A DNA stretch of 64,000 nucleotides, taken from the NCBI GenBank assembly GCA_965112735.1, contig OZ218962.1, positions 434,001-498,000 on the forward strand. Reading direction: 5' to 3'. The translations under genes were made by a program, and so were the position numbers. Shown in pieces: positions 1 to 12,210 of the stretch; position 1 is the stretch's first letter; each line of letters begins with the position of its first letter. A model generated the notes under the pieces. It had not been told where the DNA came from, did not search any database, and saw only the letters and a list, made by a program, of their open reading frames with translations. The DNA is from Phaeosaccion multiseriatum (taxonomy: Eukaryota > Protista > Ochrophyta, other classes).

Positions 1-138
1 AGAGAAGGACCCGAGGGAGGCAAAGTAAAGGAAGCACACCGCACCCCCCCTCGACGCCCCACCGACACAGGCACACACGCACACACGCACACGCACACAC
101 GCACACACGCACACACGCGCACGCACGCACACACGCAC

Positions 139-2363
139 CTGCTGGCTTTCCCGAGTCCCACCGAGAGGGCCGCTTGCCCGTGCGTGTCGAAGCGGTGGCT
201 CCTGACACCCCCGCGGGTCCTGACGCCCCCCCGGGTCCTGGTAAGCCCCCAGCGGCCGCCTTTCTCGCGTTCTCGAGTGCCTGTTGCATGATGAGGTCCA
301 GGGCAGGGCCTGAGCCTGATGATCCTGACACCAAGTCCCCTGTCCCTGCCCCTGCCCCTGCCCCGGCGGGGAGGGAAGAAGGAGGAGGAGCAAATGCCCC
401 ACCGCCAGCAGCAGGCGCAGCGGTGTGTCTCCGAGCTGGCTTGTTACCACCCGCTCGAGGCTCACTGCGCCGCACTTTGATGGGCCGGCCTTGGAAGTCA
501 TCCCCGTCAAGGAGAAGGGCCTTGGACACTGATAGGGCCCTACGGAAGCTCTGCAGGGGGGTAGGGGGGGGTGGGGTGATGGACCCAAGGGGGGAGGGGG
601 TTCAACATGAAGAACAAAGGAAGGGCGGGTTGTGTTGAGCCCAGGTATAAAGGAGGGGACAGCACGCTCACTTCAGTCCAGTACAGCCCCAATCCGCTTT
701 GAGGATGGGTCAGGATGGGCATCCGTGCGGCCCAACACCACTCAGTAGCAGCTGCAGGTCGTGCACTCACCACAAAGGCGATGCCCTTCCCCTCGCCCGT
801 CTCTCGGTCCCGAGGGAGGCGAACCTGTATGAGTGCATTGTATCGGAGAGGAGCATGTGAACATTTTTGCCAAGCGGTGGAGAGGGCACATGGATCAAAG
901 CGCAGTGTCAGTCAGGACCCTGCTAAGGACCTCTGTTCCTTCAATCTTGCCATCTCTTCTCTTCACGGTCCCCTCCCCTCAGCCCACGTTTCCTCGTTCT
1001 GCTTTTCCATCGCACCCTCCCCTCCCGTCCTCCCTCCCTCCCTCCCTCCCTCCCTCCCTCCCTCCCTCCCTCCCTCCCTCCCTCTCATCCCTCTCATCCC
1101 TCACCTCCACCACGTCTCCACAGTCCTGGAAGAGCTCCTGCACCATGTAGTCCGTTACAGAATAAGCAAGATTGCCCACATACACCGTCGCGTCCTCCTC
1201 AGACGGCATCTCCCATCCCCCTCCTCCTCCTCCTCCTCCTCCTCCTCCTCCTCCTGATGTACCACCAACTGCCGCCCGTCCCCGCCCCTCCTCCTCCATG
1301 CCCCCCATCATACGGTCGAGCAACTCCTGACGCTTCGTCTCTCGCAGTGAGGTGCTGAGGTGAGACACTTGGTAGTGCCTCGAAGAGAAGCCGAAGCTCA
1401 GCTTGCTTTGATTGGGTGTGATTGGGTGGGGTAACCACGGCTTGAGGCGCTCCCCGTCAACAAAGCAGCCGTTGGGGGCGCCCATGCAGATGAGGACGGG
1501 CCCCTGCTTGCCGTCGATGGCCAGCAGCGCGTGGTGCCGACTTACGGAAGGGTGCTGATTGATCCGACAGGGGGGGGGAGGAAGGAGGTGGGGAGAGAGT
1601 GTTTGGTCAATTGGTAAGTTGATTGATTCAATGTGCACAAGAGAGGAAAGAAGTGGAATGGGTAGTGTGGGGTAACACACGCACGCACGCACGCACACGG
1701 AAGACGTGTTGTGTATTGTAAGCACAACACACACACAAAAAACCACGCCGCGCCGAGTCCTTAGCCACCTGCGGTACGGTACGGTGCGGTGCCTCCCTTC
1801 CCACCTCTTTGATTGACACCAATCTGGCTGTGGTACCATGCCATGTACTGGGTAAAAGGCAAAAGGTCTAACCGACCCAAACTCCAACTCACTTACTTCC
1901 ATGACAATGTCGTTGTCCGGCAGCTTGCCCAGTGAGACGACGGCCTGCTTCTCCAGCTCCAGGTCCGAGTGCAGCAGCTTGTCTCCCTTCATCACAGACA
2001 CGCTGAGATGGCAGTCCAAGGGGTCGCACAGGGCGGGCAGGCTGCTCTTGACCCACGCGCGGGTGTCTGTGTTGGTGCGAATGTCCTCTGGGCAAGGTGC
2101 GTAAGGAGGGAATATCACAGGAGGGGGAGTTAGTGCTACAGCAGGGGGGGTGGGACTGGAGCAAGAGACAGCGTGGGGGGATGGATGAGGTGATGCAGGG
2201 AGGGGTGCGATCGGTCGGAAAACGGTGGCGATCGATGCCATTTGATTTCACTTCATTTGACTCTCACACGCACCTCGAATCAATGTGAGAGTATCCCCAA
2301 GCTTGTTCTGCGGCTGCCTTTTGGCGCTGCTGTCCTCTCCCTTCTTGCCCTTCTTCCCCTTCT

Positions 2364-2394
<31 letters not shown>

Positions 2395-3426
2395 ACTGCT
2401 ACTGCTGGCCCCCACCTCCACGAGGTCCCTCCTCCCCGTTGAGGCCAGCGCCTCCCTAAGCTTGGCGTGGCGCCGGTACTTGTCCTTGTGACAACAGAAG
2501 GGGGAGTGGGGAGAGTAGCAGGAAATGTGGGGCGTGAGACTCGGTAGGACCAACTTTGGGTAAAGCAGAGAGGATGGCGTCACGTCGCAATACAATGTCT
2601 TTCTTTGGTGTGTGCTGTGTCCATGTGTGTACTGTTCGCTGCCTTCCCGGCGGCTTCCTTCTCCTCCCACGATGGCAGTCTGTTCCGCAGTACCCGGGTA
2701 GTAAATTACTTGCCCTGACCAACTAAGCCCCCTCATCCACCCTCTCACACACCAATCCACCCACCCTCTCACTCACCAATCCACCCACCCTCTCACTCAC
2801 CAATTCACCCATCCTTTCACTCACCAATCCACCCACCCTCTCACCCACCCATCCCCCCTCTCACTCGCCCATTCACCCACTCACCCACCTCCCCACTCAC
2901 CCACTCACAAACACAAACCACCTCACTCACCCACCACCCCACTCACCCGCATGATAGCCTCCAGTAGGCCGTCGAACTTGCTCCTCCAGGCGTCGCTCGG
3001 GCCTCCCTCCCCCTCCAAGGCCTCTGTGGCGATGTCTGCCGCCTCCTGTACGCTTTTTGCGGCCAAGATGCGCTCTCGACACGAAGCCGATGTGGTTTTC
3101 GAGGCCTCCAGAGCGTGCTGCGGTCACGAACAAGGGGTGGTGAGGGGAGGGAAGGAGGGGGGCAGATTAGGCCATCCTCCTCACTGCAGCTCCTCCTACA
3201 CGTACTCCTCGGTCCAGAGAGACAAACCCTACGAAAGCAACTCGCAAAGGACCATTTGAGGCCAAGCAAGCCCCCCTTTTTGGATCCAACTCACCTGAGG
3301 AGAGGGGTAAAGCAGGCCATCTTCTGGGAGCCGAACTTTGCACCTATAGGACAGCTGCAGCATCTCAAACCCTTCTGTGGAGTCCTCAGTGCTTCCCGGA
3401 GCGGCTATTCGCACTGGAGGCTCCAT
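139..3426 (-). CDS. Spliced NADAR(YbiA-like)-FHA-RRM fusion protein; continues beyond the window start
   Basis: Phase-consistent exons: 3426-3295, 3117-2947, 2484-2274, 2087-1897, 1554-1105, 824-771, 550-139. All donors are GT; the exon-3 acceptor is AAG. NADAR-like segments: 'YRCKVRLPEDGLLYPSPQHALEASK', 'DAWRSK', 'RDKYRRHAKLREALASTGRRDLVE...QNKLGDTLTLIRE'. FHA: 'GKLPDNDIVMEHPSVSRHHALL...NGCFVDG'. RRM: 'VYVGNL...VRLPRDRETGEGKGIAFVSF...LDGDDFQGRPIKV'. Confidence 0.8.
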
Positions 3427-4020
3427 TATGTTACAGAGAGATAATAGATATTCGTGGGGGAAAAGAGGAAGAAATCACCGTCAAGTGCCATCCATCCATC
3501 CATCCGTCCCGTTTTCACTTTCTCCTCTTCTTCTCCTTTCGTGCCTGCAAGACCAGATACGGGACAACGGCTGCCTCCCTGCTGCTCTCTATAGCGCGGA
3601 GAGCTTTCCTCTTTTTTACACTTATCCCCCCACAGGGCGGCTCGTGGATCATCCCCCGCCCGGCCTCGGGGCGGCTGGTGCCTCCATCATGCAGAGCACA
3701 ACATTCAGCAGAGAGGTAAGCCCCTTCGTATGGCCATGCGTTCTGTTCCGGGGACGAATTGGTTCGACGCTGAACGGCGTGGCCTTCCCTCGGTGGAAAT
3801 GTTATACTTCTCCCCCCTTCCCATCACCGGCTTTCTCTTCTTTCTCTCCCTTCCCTTCGCCTCCCCTTCATCTTCGCGGGAGGGCAAAGGTCTCTACCAG
3901 CGGGTCGCCTCCCAAGAGCAGTGACTCACCTCTGGTTTTTCGCCGTTTTCGCCCCCCCCCGCGCTCTCTCCTCCCTCGGGGCGACACAAGGCCACGCGCC
4001 TCAACGACACCATCAGCGAG

Positions 4021-5445
4021 ATGAAGACTATCAAGGACGTCAAACGAGCCATCATCGCCCTTGTTGCCAAAGAGGGGGGGAGGAGGGCTTGCCTCGACGC
4101 CGCGATATGTGCTGACGGGCACCCTCCAATGACTGTAGCGGCGATGGGGGGTAGAGCAGACATCGTGGAGCTTCTACTGGGGGAAGGGGCATCTCCAAAC
4201 CACAAAGCGATGACTCCTAACATCGTCACACCATTGATGGGGGCTTGTTCACGTGGCCATCTGAACGTTGTGCAGATACTGATGGAGGCCGGTGCTGATT
4301 TAGATCAAGACGTTGACGTGGGGACGGCCTTGAGTACAGCTTCAAAGTGTGGACACACAGAAGTCGTCAGAGCTTTAATCGCGGGGGGCGCCAATGTGGA
4401 CAAGGGCGACAACAAGGGATTTACACCTCTGAGCTTAGCTGCACGAGAGAATGATGAGGGGGTTGTGAGGCTGCTCCTTGCGGCCAATGCGAATGTGAAC
4501 AAGGCCGCCAACGACGGATACACACCACTGGCAATTGCGTCGCTGTGCGGTCATGAGGAGGTGGCGAAGTTGCTCATTGCCGCCAACGCAGATGTGAACC
4601 AACTGCGGAAAGACGGAACTTCGCCACTTTATTTGGCCAGTGCCCAGGGCCATGCTTGCGTGGTGAGGAGGCTTTTGGCAGCTGGCGCGGAGGTGGATGC
4701 AGATCCTGGTGAGGACGCTACGTCTCTCATGACGGCAGCGCTTAGTGGACACGCTGAGGTGCTGCGTGAGCTCGTATCGGCAGGGGCAGACGTGGATCGA
4801 CATGACGCGCATGGGAATACTGCTCTCATGGTGGCAGCGGATAGTGGACACGGTGAGGTGCTGCGTGCGCTCGTATCCGCAGGGGCAGACGTGGATCGAC
4901 TTGACGCGCATGGGAATACTGCTCTCATGGCGGCAGCGGCTAGTGGAGACGCTGAGGTGTTGCGTGAGCTCGTATCGGTAGGGGCAGACGTGGATCGACA
5001 TGACGCGGAGGGGAGTACTGCTATGCACTACGCTGCTGAAGCCGGACATGGGCATGCCCTGCATATCCTGCTCAAGGCCGGGGCTGAGGTGGATGTCAAG
5101 GATACATTCGGAAGCACTCCCCTCTTCTCCGCAGCAGACGAAAATCATGGAGGGGCGATGCACGAGCTTCTCTGCGCAGGGGCGTCTGTGGGCAAGGCTC
5201 TGACTGCTGCTCGAGAGTTCGGTGTCCTGCAAGAGGTCCGTGATCGTCTTCTGATGGCAGACAAGCGATGCTTTGACTCCCAAAGCCCTGCGGACATTAT
5301 GCGGACGTGCGACTCGACCTTCGGCAAGGAGAGGGGCCTACCGCCGCAGGAGAGGGGCGTCTGTTCCGACAACGTGCTGGAAGTGGCCGCAGGCATGCGC
5401 GGAGCCGACGACGCTTCCAGGTGGGCGAAGCAAGACACACATTGA
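4021..5445 (+). CDS. Ankyrin repeat protein (intronless ORF, roughly 10 repeats)
   Basis: 474-aa ORF with repeated G-x-T-P/A-L-x-x-A-A-x-x-G-H-x-E-V-V-x-x-L-L-x-A-G-A-D-V-D/N motifs. Confidence 0.92.
   Translation: MKTIKDVKRAIIALVAKEGGRRACLDAAICADGHPPMTVAAMGGRADIVELLLGEGASPNHKAMTPNIVTPLMGACSRGHLNVVQILMEAGADLDQDVDVGTALSTASKCGHTEVVRALIAGGANVDKGDNKGFTPLSLAARENDEGVVRLLLAANANVNKAANDGYTPLAIASLCGHEEVAKLLIAANADVNQLRKDGTSPLYLASAQGHACVVRRLLAAGAEVDADPGEDATSLMTAALSGHAEVLRELVSAGADVDRHDAHGNTALMVAADSGHGEVLRALVSAGADVDRLDAHGNTALMAAAASGDAEVLRELVSVGADVDRHDAEGSTAMHYAAEAGHGHALHILLKAGAEVDVKDTFGSTPLFSAADENHGGAMHELLCAGASVGKALTAAREFGVLQEVRDRLLMADKRCFDSQSPADIMRTCDSTFGKERGLPPQERGVCSDNVLEVAAGMRGADDASRWAKQDTH
4726..5022 (+). 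repeat. Three near-identical 99-bp tandem units, each encoding one ankyrin repeat
   Basis: CTCATG...GGAATACTGCT units start at 4726, 4825 and 4924 (period 99). Confidence 0.93.
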
Positions 5446-6688
5446 AGGGGAGAGACGACGACTGCCTCGAAGCGAGCAAGAGAGTCGAGGAGGGAGGAAT
5501 TGGAGTCTTGCATGCAGCGGGCTGTCGCTCGCGAAAGTCATCCTTGCTTGCTTGCTTGCCAGCGTCGGATAGATTGCTTGCCAGCGTCGGATAGATTGCA
5601 TGCAAGCACCAGCTGTGGAGAGGCGAAGGACAGGGAAATGAACAATGTGAGGGGAAACGGGATACAATGGGGAGGGTGGAATCGACAATGGGGTGAAGTG
5701 CAGCAGCATGACAAGGGGCAAAGGGAATCACACTTCTCTTTAGGAGGCAAACCCGCTTGAGTTGCCTGGGGACACGCAATAGTTTAGTTCAGGGGGATGT
5801 TAGAAGTGCAGGGATGGCTGACGGGGATGTTGAAAGTCAGTGTTAAGTCAAATGGCCCAGGCCCGGGCAAATACGGTGAGAAACTGTGCGTGGCCCGTTT
5901 CTCACTCACCTCCCAGCAGGGATAAAGCTAATAGAGACAAGGCTGGCTGCCAGGCTGGCTTTGGGGTTGCTATTACCTTGTCCATGCGTCTAGTCCTATC
6001 CTATGTGGAGAGCAACGTGACTCTTTACATTCAGGAGCGGGGAGGGGGGCCAGCCGACCCCTGCAGATCCGTCATACACACATTGACTTATTGCGAACTG
6101 CCCACATAAATATTGTTCTTAAAATTAATTAGTTAATGCTTACGCATGTGGGGCCGCTACCTCCCTCTGTCTGTGAGTAGGAAGGTACCCCCAAGCTGAG
6201 CGCTGCGGTCCGGCCCCAAAGGGAGAGAGTGACGAGAAGTGATGCTAAGACTGAGTGTACTAGAGACTGAGGCTACTCCACCCAGAGACCCTGGAAGCTT
6301 CCTTGTGTTGAAGGAAGCTTTCCACTTGGTCTTTACGGGTCCGGAGATGAGGCAGGGGCCAGCCAGCCCCAGCCAGGCTCCGTCACGCCTTACTGACACA
6401 TAAATTCTACCTATATAGTACATAACAATTACGTAATTGAGCCCATCCCAGCTCCACCACACGCAATTGAGCCCATCTGACCCTTCACCAAACTACTGTA
6501 TATAATACCCCCTCCCCCTCCACCACCTGCCAACTCATACGCGTAACCAACTCGTCAATGCCCTGTCTCCCTTACAGGCCTATACCGCTCCGGTGTCGGG
6601 CTCACTGAACCATTTGCCAAGTCATACGCAAACATGTATGTCAATGCCCCCCCACCCAACCTCCTGCCATTCCACTATTGTATACTGC

Positions 6689-8356
6689 TCATACCTTCTT
6701 CTTGGTCTTTTTAGGGGGTTGACCTTGATCTTTCTTTGACGCAGCACGTTCGCGCTTCTTAGGGGCTTGGTCATTATCTTTCTTTGACGCAGCACTTTCG
6801 CGCTTCTTGGGCTTGGGCTTCATTTCGCAAGCCGCTCCTGCCGCCTCAACGGCGCTGTCCTCGGCTTCCTCGTCTTCCTCGACTTCTTCAATGGAGATCA
6901 TCCATGGTTCAAACGCATCGTCAAACAAATCCAGCAAGCCATCATGAAGTGTGTCAATGTCGTTGGTCGAACGCATCACGACCTCCCATTTCTTCATTTC
7001 CGCGTCGGTAAGCAAGCACGCGTCCAGAGTACTCTCTAAAAGAGCCTGATCGAGTCCCGCGCCAATAAAGACGATTTTCTGACGTCGATCACCCCATTCA
7101 CCATCCATCGCCTTCTTGATGGCGTCACGAAGCTCTGGTTCCCAGTCTTCTTCATCCATGCAGGCGTAAAATGTTTGACCAGCACGTATCGTCAACATAC
7201 ACCCAGCTTGAGACCATTCGCCAGCGGCCATAGGGCGCGTTGCAAGCCAGAAAGATCCCTTGGAACGAAGTACGGGTCCAAACGACTTGTCCTTCTTTTT
7301 CGCCTCAACGATTTCCTGTGGCGTGGCTTGAGGTGTGTCGGCGTGTTCATCTTCATCTTCGCCTTCGCTTTTTTCCTTGTCATCTTCCCCCTCCGCGTCT
7401 TCCTCCGCCGCTTCTTCAGGTGGAGGGTCGTCTTGCATCATCAGAAAGCGAGAGTCAAGGAGTCCCCCCAGACGCATGGGATGGAACGGGCGTTTTCGAG
7501 AATAAACGAAGCTTGTGATGCCGTACTCAACCGTTTCGGGCACCGGGGCTCTCTTCCCATTACTTTGGGTCGTCATCTCTCCCAGAGAACGTAACCATCC
7601 TGCAGAGGTAGAAGCGGTTTCGAAATCGAACTTGCCAGTGTTGAGAATCTTGTCCAATGGGGCGACCGAGTGTTTGGTTTGGAGGACCTCGGCAACAGGG
7701 TTCAAAGACTTGACGATCGTACTGATTTTGCCCAACACCTTCTTGGAGACCATGTCGGTCTTGTTGACGAGAATTACGTCGGCAAACTCGATCTGGTCCA
7801 CCATCAAGTTGGTAATCGTACGCTCGGTTCCATCGTCAAGGACTTCGCTGGAGTCGAAGGTGTCCAAAAAGTTGAGGGCATCAATCACCGTCACGCACGT
7901 GTCTAGACGCGCAATCTTGTTGATTCCACCAAGCTCAATCAACGCGTCATACGTCTTCTTGAATTGCTGGTCTTCCTCCGAATCGCCGTGTTCAATCGCG
8001 TCCTGAACAAATTCCGTCGTAAACGTCTCGGCAACTTGCATTGGCTCCGAAATCCCGGTGGATTCAATGATGATGCAGTCAAACGAGCCCTGCTTTGCCA
8101 GGTTATAGACTTCCTCCAGCAAATCACCACGTAAAGTGCAGCAGATGCAGCCATTCTCCATCGATACCAACTTTTCCTTCTTCTGGACCATGTTTTTGAC
8201 CAAACCCGCGTCAATGTTACGGGCAGCCATGTCATTCACGATGACCGCACATCGATAGCCATGATCCTTGGATTGGAGAATGTATTTCAGCAGTGTCGTC
8301 TTGCCGGCACCGAGAAAGCCACTGAGAAGCGTGATGGGAAGCGCCTTGACAACCAT
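6689..8356 (-). CDS. COG0523/CobW-family G3E P-loop GTPase, putative zinc metallochaperone (YciC/ZigA-like), intronless
   Basis: Walker A 'GFLGAGKT', 'VIVNDMA', metal-binding 'GCICC', 'IIESTGISEP', 'NKTD' and a CobW_C region 'RSKGSFWLATRP...WGDRRQKIVFIG'. Probable start is MVVKALP at 8356. Confidence 0.93.
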   Translation of the reverse strand: MVVKALPITLLSGFLGAGKTTLLKYILQSKDHGYRCAVIVNDMAARNIDAGLVKNMVQKKEKLVSMENGCICCTLRGDLLEEVYNLAKQGSFDCIIIESTGISEPMQVAETFTTEFVQDAIEHGDSEEDQQFKKTYDALIELGGINKIARLDTCVTVIDALNFLDTFDSSEVLDDGTERTITNLMVDQIEFADVILVNKTDMVSKKVLGKISTIVKSLNPVAEVLQTKHSVAPLDKILNTGKFDFETASTSAGWLRSLGEMTTQSNGKRAPVPETVEYGITSFVYSRKRPFHPMRLGGLLDSRFLMMQDDPPPEEAAEEDAEGEDDKEKSEGEDEDEHADTPQATPQEIVEAKKKDKSFGPVLRSKGSFWLATRPMAAGEWSQAGCMLTIRAGQTFYACMDEEDWEPELRDAIKKAMDGEWGDRRQKIVFIGAGLDQALLESTLDACLLTDAEMKKWEVVMRSTNDIDTLHDGLLDLFDDAFEPWMISIEEVEEDEEAEDSAVEAAGAACEMKPKPKKRESAASKKDNDQAPKKRERAASKKDQGQPPKKTKKKV

Positions 8357-8747
8357 CCTCCTACTCTCCCTTCTACGCAAGCGGGACAAGGAGGCAAGGG
8401 TACTAAAGACCTTGAAGGAGGAAAGGGGAGGAATCTTCTTGCCAAATGTGATTCCCTCCATCAAATGCCCTGCCCCCTGGGGTTCTTGCCTTACGAATCG
8501 CTTAGGGCGAGGCCCTTGATTTACCCTTGCTGTGTTCCTCCCCCCCTCCTCCTCCCACACTGGCCCTTACTACTTCCTCAGTATTCTCTCCGCCGGGAAG
8601 CTGAACTCGGACGTACCAGTGGCAGCATTGCGTATTCTCCTCCAGCAGAAGGAGATTTCTTTATATTCCCCCCCACCCCTTCCCATCTCCTCCGTCCTTG
8701 AGTCTCCCTCCCGATTGTGGGGGCTCGTGAAGGATTGAGTCAGCCCC

Positions 8748-11573
8748 ATGCCGTCATCGATGGAAGTGGACACAGGGGAGACGGCGGGAGGGGAGGAGAC
8801 GAAGGGCGGGGAAGGATCGGTAGCCGCCGCAGCAGCAGCGGCAGGAGGAGGAGGGGGGGGAGCGGACAGCAAGGAGGGGCAGCGAAACGTTCTGCTGCAC
8901 CCGGTGAGTCTTACAGCCGCTCCTCTCTGACATTGTACACTGTATTGAGCAGCACTAGGAGGTCTCATGGCGTGTTCGTTGCTTTACAACGCATGACGAC
9001 TTCGGGACGTTCAGACGCAAAAAAGCTCAACGCTGGATACTCGATATCCACCCTTACATCCCTCCACCCCTTCTGCGTTCCCGCTGCTGCGGGACTGCAG
9101 CAGCCCTCCAGCCTGTGGCGGTCTCGCTCTTTGCATTCTTAATCCCCGACCCATGGCTGCCCCTCACACCCCACTGCACCGTCACTGTACCGCACTGCCT
9201 CCCTCAGCTGGCCATCATCAACATCTGCGACCACTACACCCGCGTGTCCACCGGTGGAGGGCAAGGCCCCAAGGACGGACGCATCATTGGTTTGCTCTTC
9301 GGTCTGCAGCAGGGCCTCGACGTACACATCTTCGACTCCGCAGGTCAGTCCACTCCACACTGAGAAGGAAGGGCAAGAAAAGAGAGAAAGAGAAGAGAAA
9401 GAGAAGAATATTCCCTCGGGGACGGACGGGGTGGGGATGAAGGTGAAGGGCGGGGGTGGCTGCCTCATGTCCTCTCACTCCCCCCTATTATCGTTTTTAA
9501 AGGCTTGGGACGAAGAGCAGTGAAGAGGCGGCTTGGTCCTCCGTCTCCCTCCCCCCCCCCACCCCACTTGACCCCCCTTTGCTCCTCTATGTACCCTACC
9601 CCATGGTATGGTGGGTAGTCCTTCTGCCTCTTGACTCGTGTATTTCCCCTCCCTCCCGTCTCCCTCATCCTCTGCCACCCACTGCCATCCCGTGGCTGCA
9701 GAGACCCGCGTGGAGGAGAGTGGCGAGAGCGTGACGCTGGTGACGGCGGCTGTACAGAAGCAGAAGGAGCTGTTCGAGGCTGTGTATCCGCTCTACGAGA
9801 TAATCGGATGGTACTCTGTGGGGGAGGAGGTCAGTGTCCAGTTGCAGCTCATGGGGCACCGAAAGGGAGGGGACGGGGAGGGAGGTCGGAGGGAGAGCAG
9901 AGGGAGAGAGAGTATAGAGAAGGAGGGAGAAGGGGGGGGGGGGGGAGGGGAGAAGTGGTGGGGGGGGTGGAGAGGTAGATACGGAGGGGGAAGACATGCG
10001 GATAGGGATAGAGAGGGAGAAAGGGGAGAGAGATGGAGAGACACCAGGAGAGGAAGGGGGGAGGAGCTGGAGAGATAGAGAGAGAGGCACTTCACTCACT
10101 GCCTCGCTGGTCGTCCAAAGGGGGCTTCAGTCTCAACTCATTCGCTCCTCCCTACTTATACCCATGCCCATATTTCTATCTTTGCCTGTATGCCCTGCTG
10201 TGTCTGTGTGCATAGGTGAAGGCATCTGACATCGGCATGCAGCGGCAAATGTTCCCCTTCAACGAGAGCCCCCTCTTCATGCTGCTCAACCCAAAGCCCG
10301 TGCAGGTAGAGGCGTATGGGCCATGTATGGGGCGTAGAAGTAGAGGGAAGGCTTGTGGGGCATGGGTGTGGGTGCGTGCGTGCGTGCGTGCGTGGGTGGG
10401 TGGGTGTGGTTGGGCAGGATGCCTCAGTGTAGTCGTAAACCCGGAGGCGGGATCCTTCCCGTGTTGGTTTCCCGTCCCTCATCGACTCCCCCCCCGTGCC
10501 CCTCGCGCCCTAACACAAAGCTGAAAACTGAAACCTGAATCACCTCTTCTGGTGTGCATCCGTACGTCTGCCTGCCTCGTCTGCCTCTTTATTCTTTTTG
10601 CCATGTTCCTCTGTCTGTCCGCCTATCCATCCATCCATCTCATCGATCTATCCCCCCATCTCTGTGCATCTGCTGCTCCATCTGCCTCTACCCATCTGTC
10701 CATCCCTCTGCATCCATCTGCCTGCAGGGTGCCAAGGAGCTTCCCGTGCTGATCCACGAAGCTGAGGTGCACGTGGTGGACGCTCAGCCCGCCCTCCTTT
10801 TCGTGCCGCTGCCCTTCCAGCTGGAGACTGCACAGGCGGAGCAGATCAGTGTCGAGCACGTAGCTAAGGCCACGCCCGCTGATCCCAACACCTCAGGTGA
10901 GTGAGGGGGTTGCGAGGGGAAAGAGGGAGGGACAGAGGGATGGATGTGGGAGTGGAGGGGGGCGGTGTAGAAGAGAGGAGGAAGGACTAGGGGGGGGCGG
11001 GATGTGTGCTTTTTTGTAGCTTTCATTCTCTGTCTCTCTCATTCCCTTTCAACTCTCTCGCATGCTCTCTTTCTTCCTCCCTCTCTCCATCACTTCACTC
11101 TCCCCCCCTTAACAGTCGTGGACACACACACAGACACCGTTGCCACATCCCTACGGACGCTTCTCAACCGCATCAGAGTGCTCAAGCAGTTCCTCAGGGA
11201 GACAGAGCAGGGTAAGACAAATGACAACTGGCGACCTATCTCGAGAGGAATGAACGAACACAACATGGAGAGGGCGGCAGCAGACGGAGGCAGGCAGCTC
11301 TCTCCCTAACTCCCTCTCTACCTGCCGCACCACCACCCACCACCACTCACAGGGGGCCTACCGCCCGACTACCGCCTGCTGCGCGAGATGTCAAGCCTGT
11401 GCAACCAGTTGCCCGTGCTGCCCTCGGGGGACGAGTTTGCGCTTGATGTCACGGACTCTCTGGCGGTGACATTCATGGCGACTGTGCAGACTACCACGGC
11501 GGCCCTGCACGGGCTCACGGAAAAGTTCGGGTTGGTGTCCAGGGACAAGGGCAAGCGCGGCTGTCTGGCCTGA
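8748..11573 (+). CDS. CSN6: COP9 signalosome subunit 6 (MPN domain), 7 exons
   Basis: Approximate exons: 8748-8903, 9208-9342, 9702-9829, 10217-10306, 10728-10897, 11116-11211, 11353-11573. They give 'VLLHPLAIINICDHYTR', 'IIGLLFGLQQG', 'EIIGWYS', 'FNESPLFMLLNP', 'LETAQAEQISVEHVA', 'LLREMSSLCNQLP'. Confidence 0.9.
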
Positions 11574-12210
11574 GCGGGCTTGTGTTCACGGATGGCAGCA
11601 GATGGACCTGCTGCAAAGGGAGCTGTCTGGCTTGAGCTTGCCTTGAGGGGGGTGGCGGTGGATGGCAGCAGAGGGACATGGTGCAAAGTGCAGCTGTGTG
11701 TCTTGAGCTTGAGCTCAGCTTGATGGACCTTGATGAAGGATGGCAGTGGATGGCCCGCGGGACCTCCTTCGCTGTCTTCATGTCGGTGATGGGTGGATGG
11801 AGATATGCCTTGAGGGATTGAGGCGCTGCGTCATGAGGGAGGGGCCTGGACTGAATGGACTGAATGGACTGAATGGTTGGGGCGGTGGTGTGGTTCGGGC
11901 CATGGATGGGTGGGTTGGTGTATATATCGCGCAGAGGGGCATTTACGATACTCGACCCCTGATGCGTTATACAATTTTACTTTTGGTATACAAAATTAAT
12001 TTGGAAAAAAATCGATGGCACACCCTCTGCACAGCAAATAGAGAGGGAAAAAAAGAAGTCGTGTTGCGAAGAGCAGGTTGTGTCGCATTATACAGTTCCT
12101 CTCTACGCGATACAGTTCCTCTCTGGACCACCAGCACGCACCAGCGAAGTGGTGTTGCTTTCGAGGGAAGCTCTCTCCCCCCCAAAAGCTCGGTACCTTC
12201 TTTAGGGACG

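Noticed and set aside
2239-2250. TGA followed in frame 6 nt later by ATG, suggesting stop read-through or a bicistronic arrangement
   Set aside because: Both codons fall inside a well-formed intron (2273-2088), which explains the join more simply.
5760-6680. Possible transposon remnant between the ankyrin and CobW genes
   Set aside because: Only short imperfect direct repeats were seen; no terminal inverted repeats, target-site duplication or transposase could be supported.
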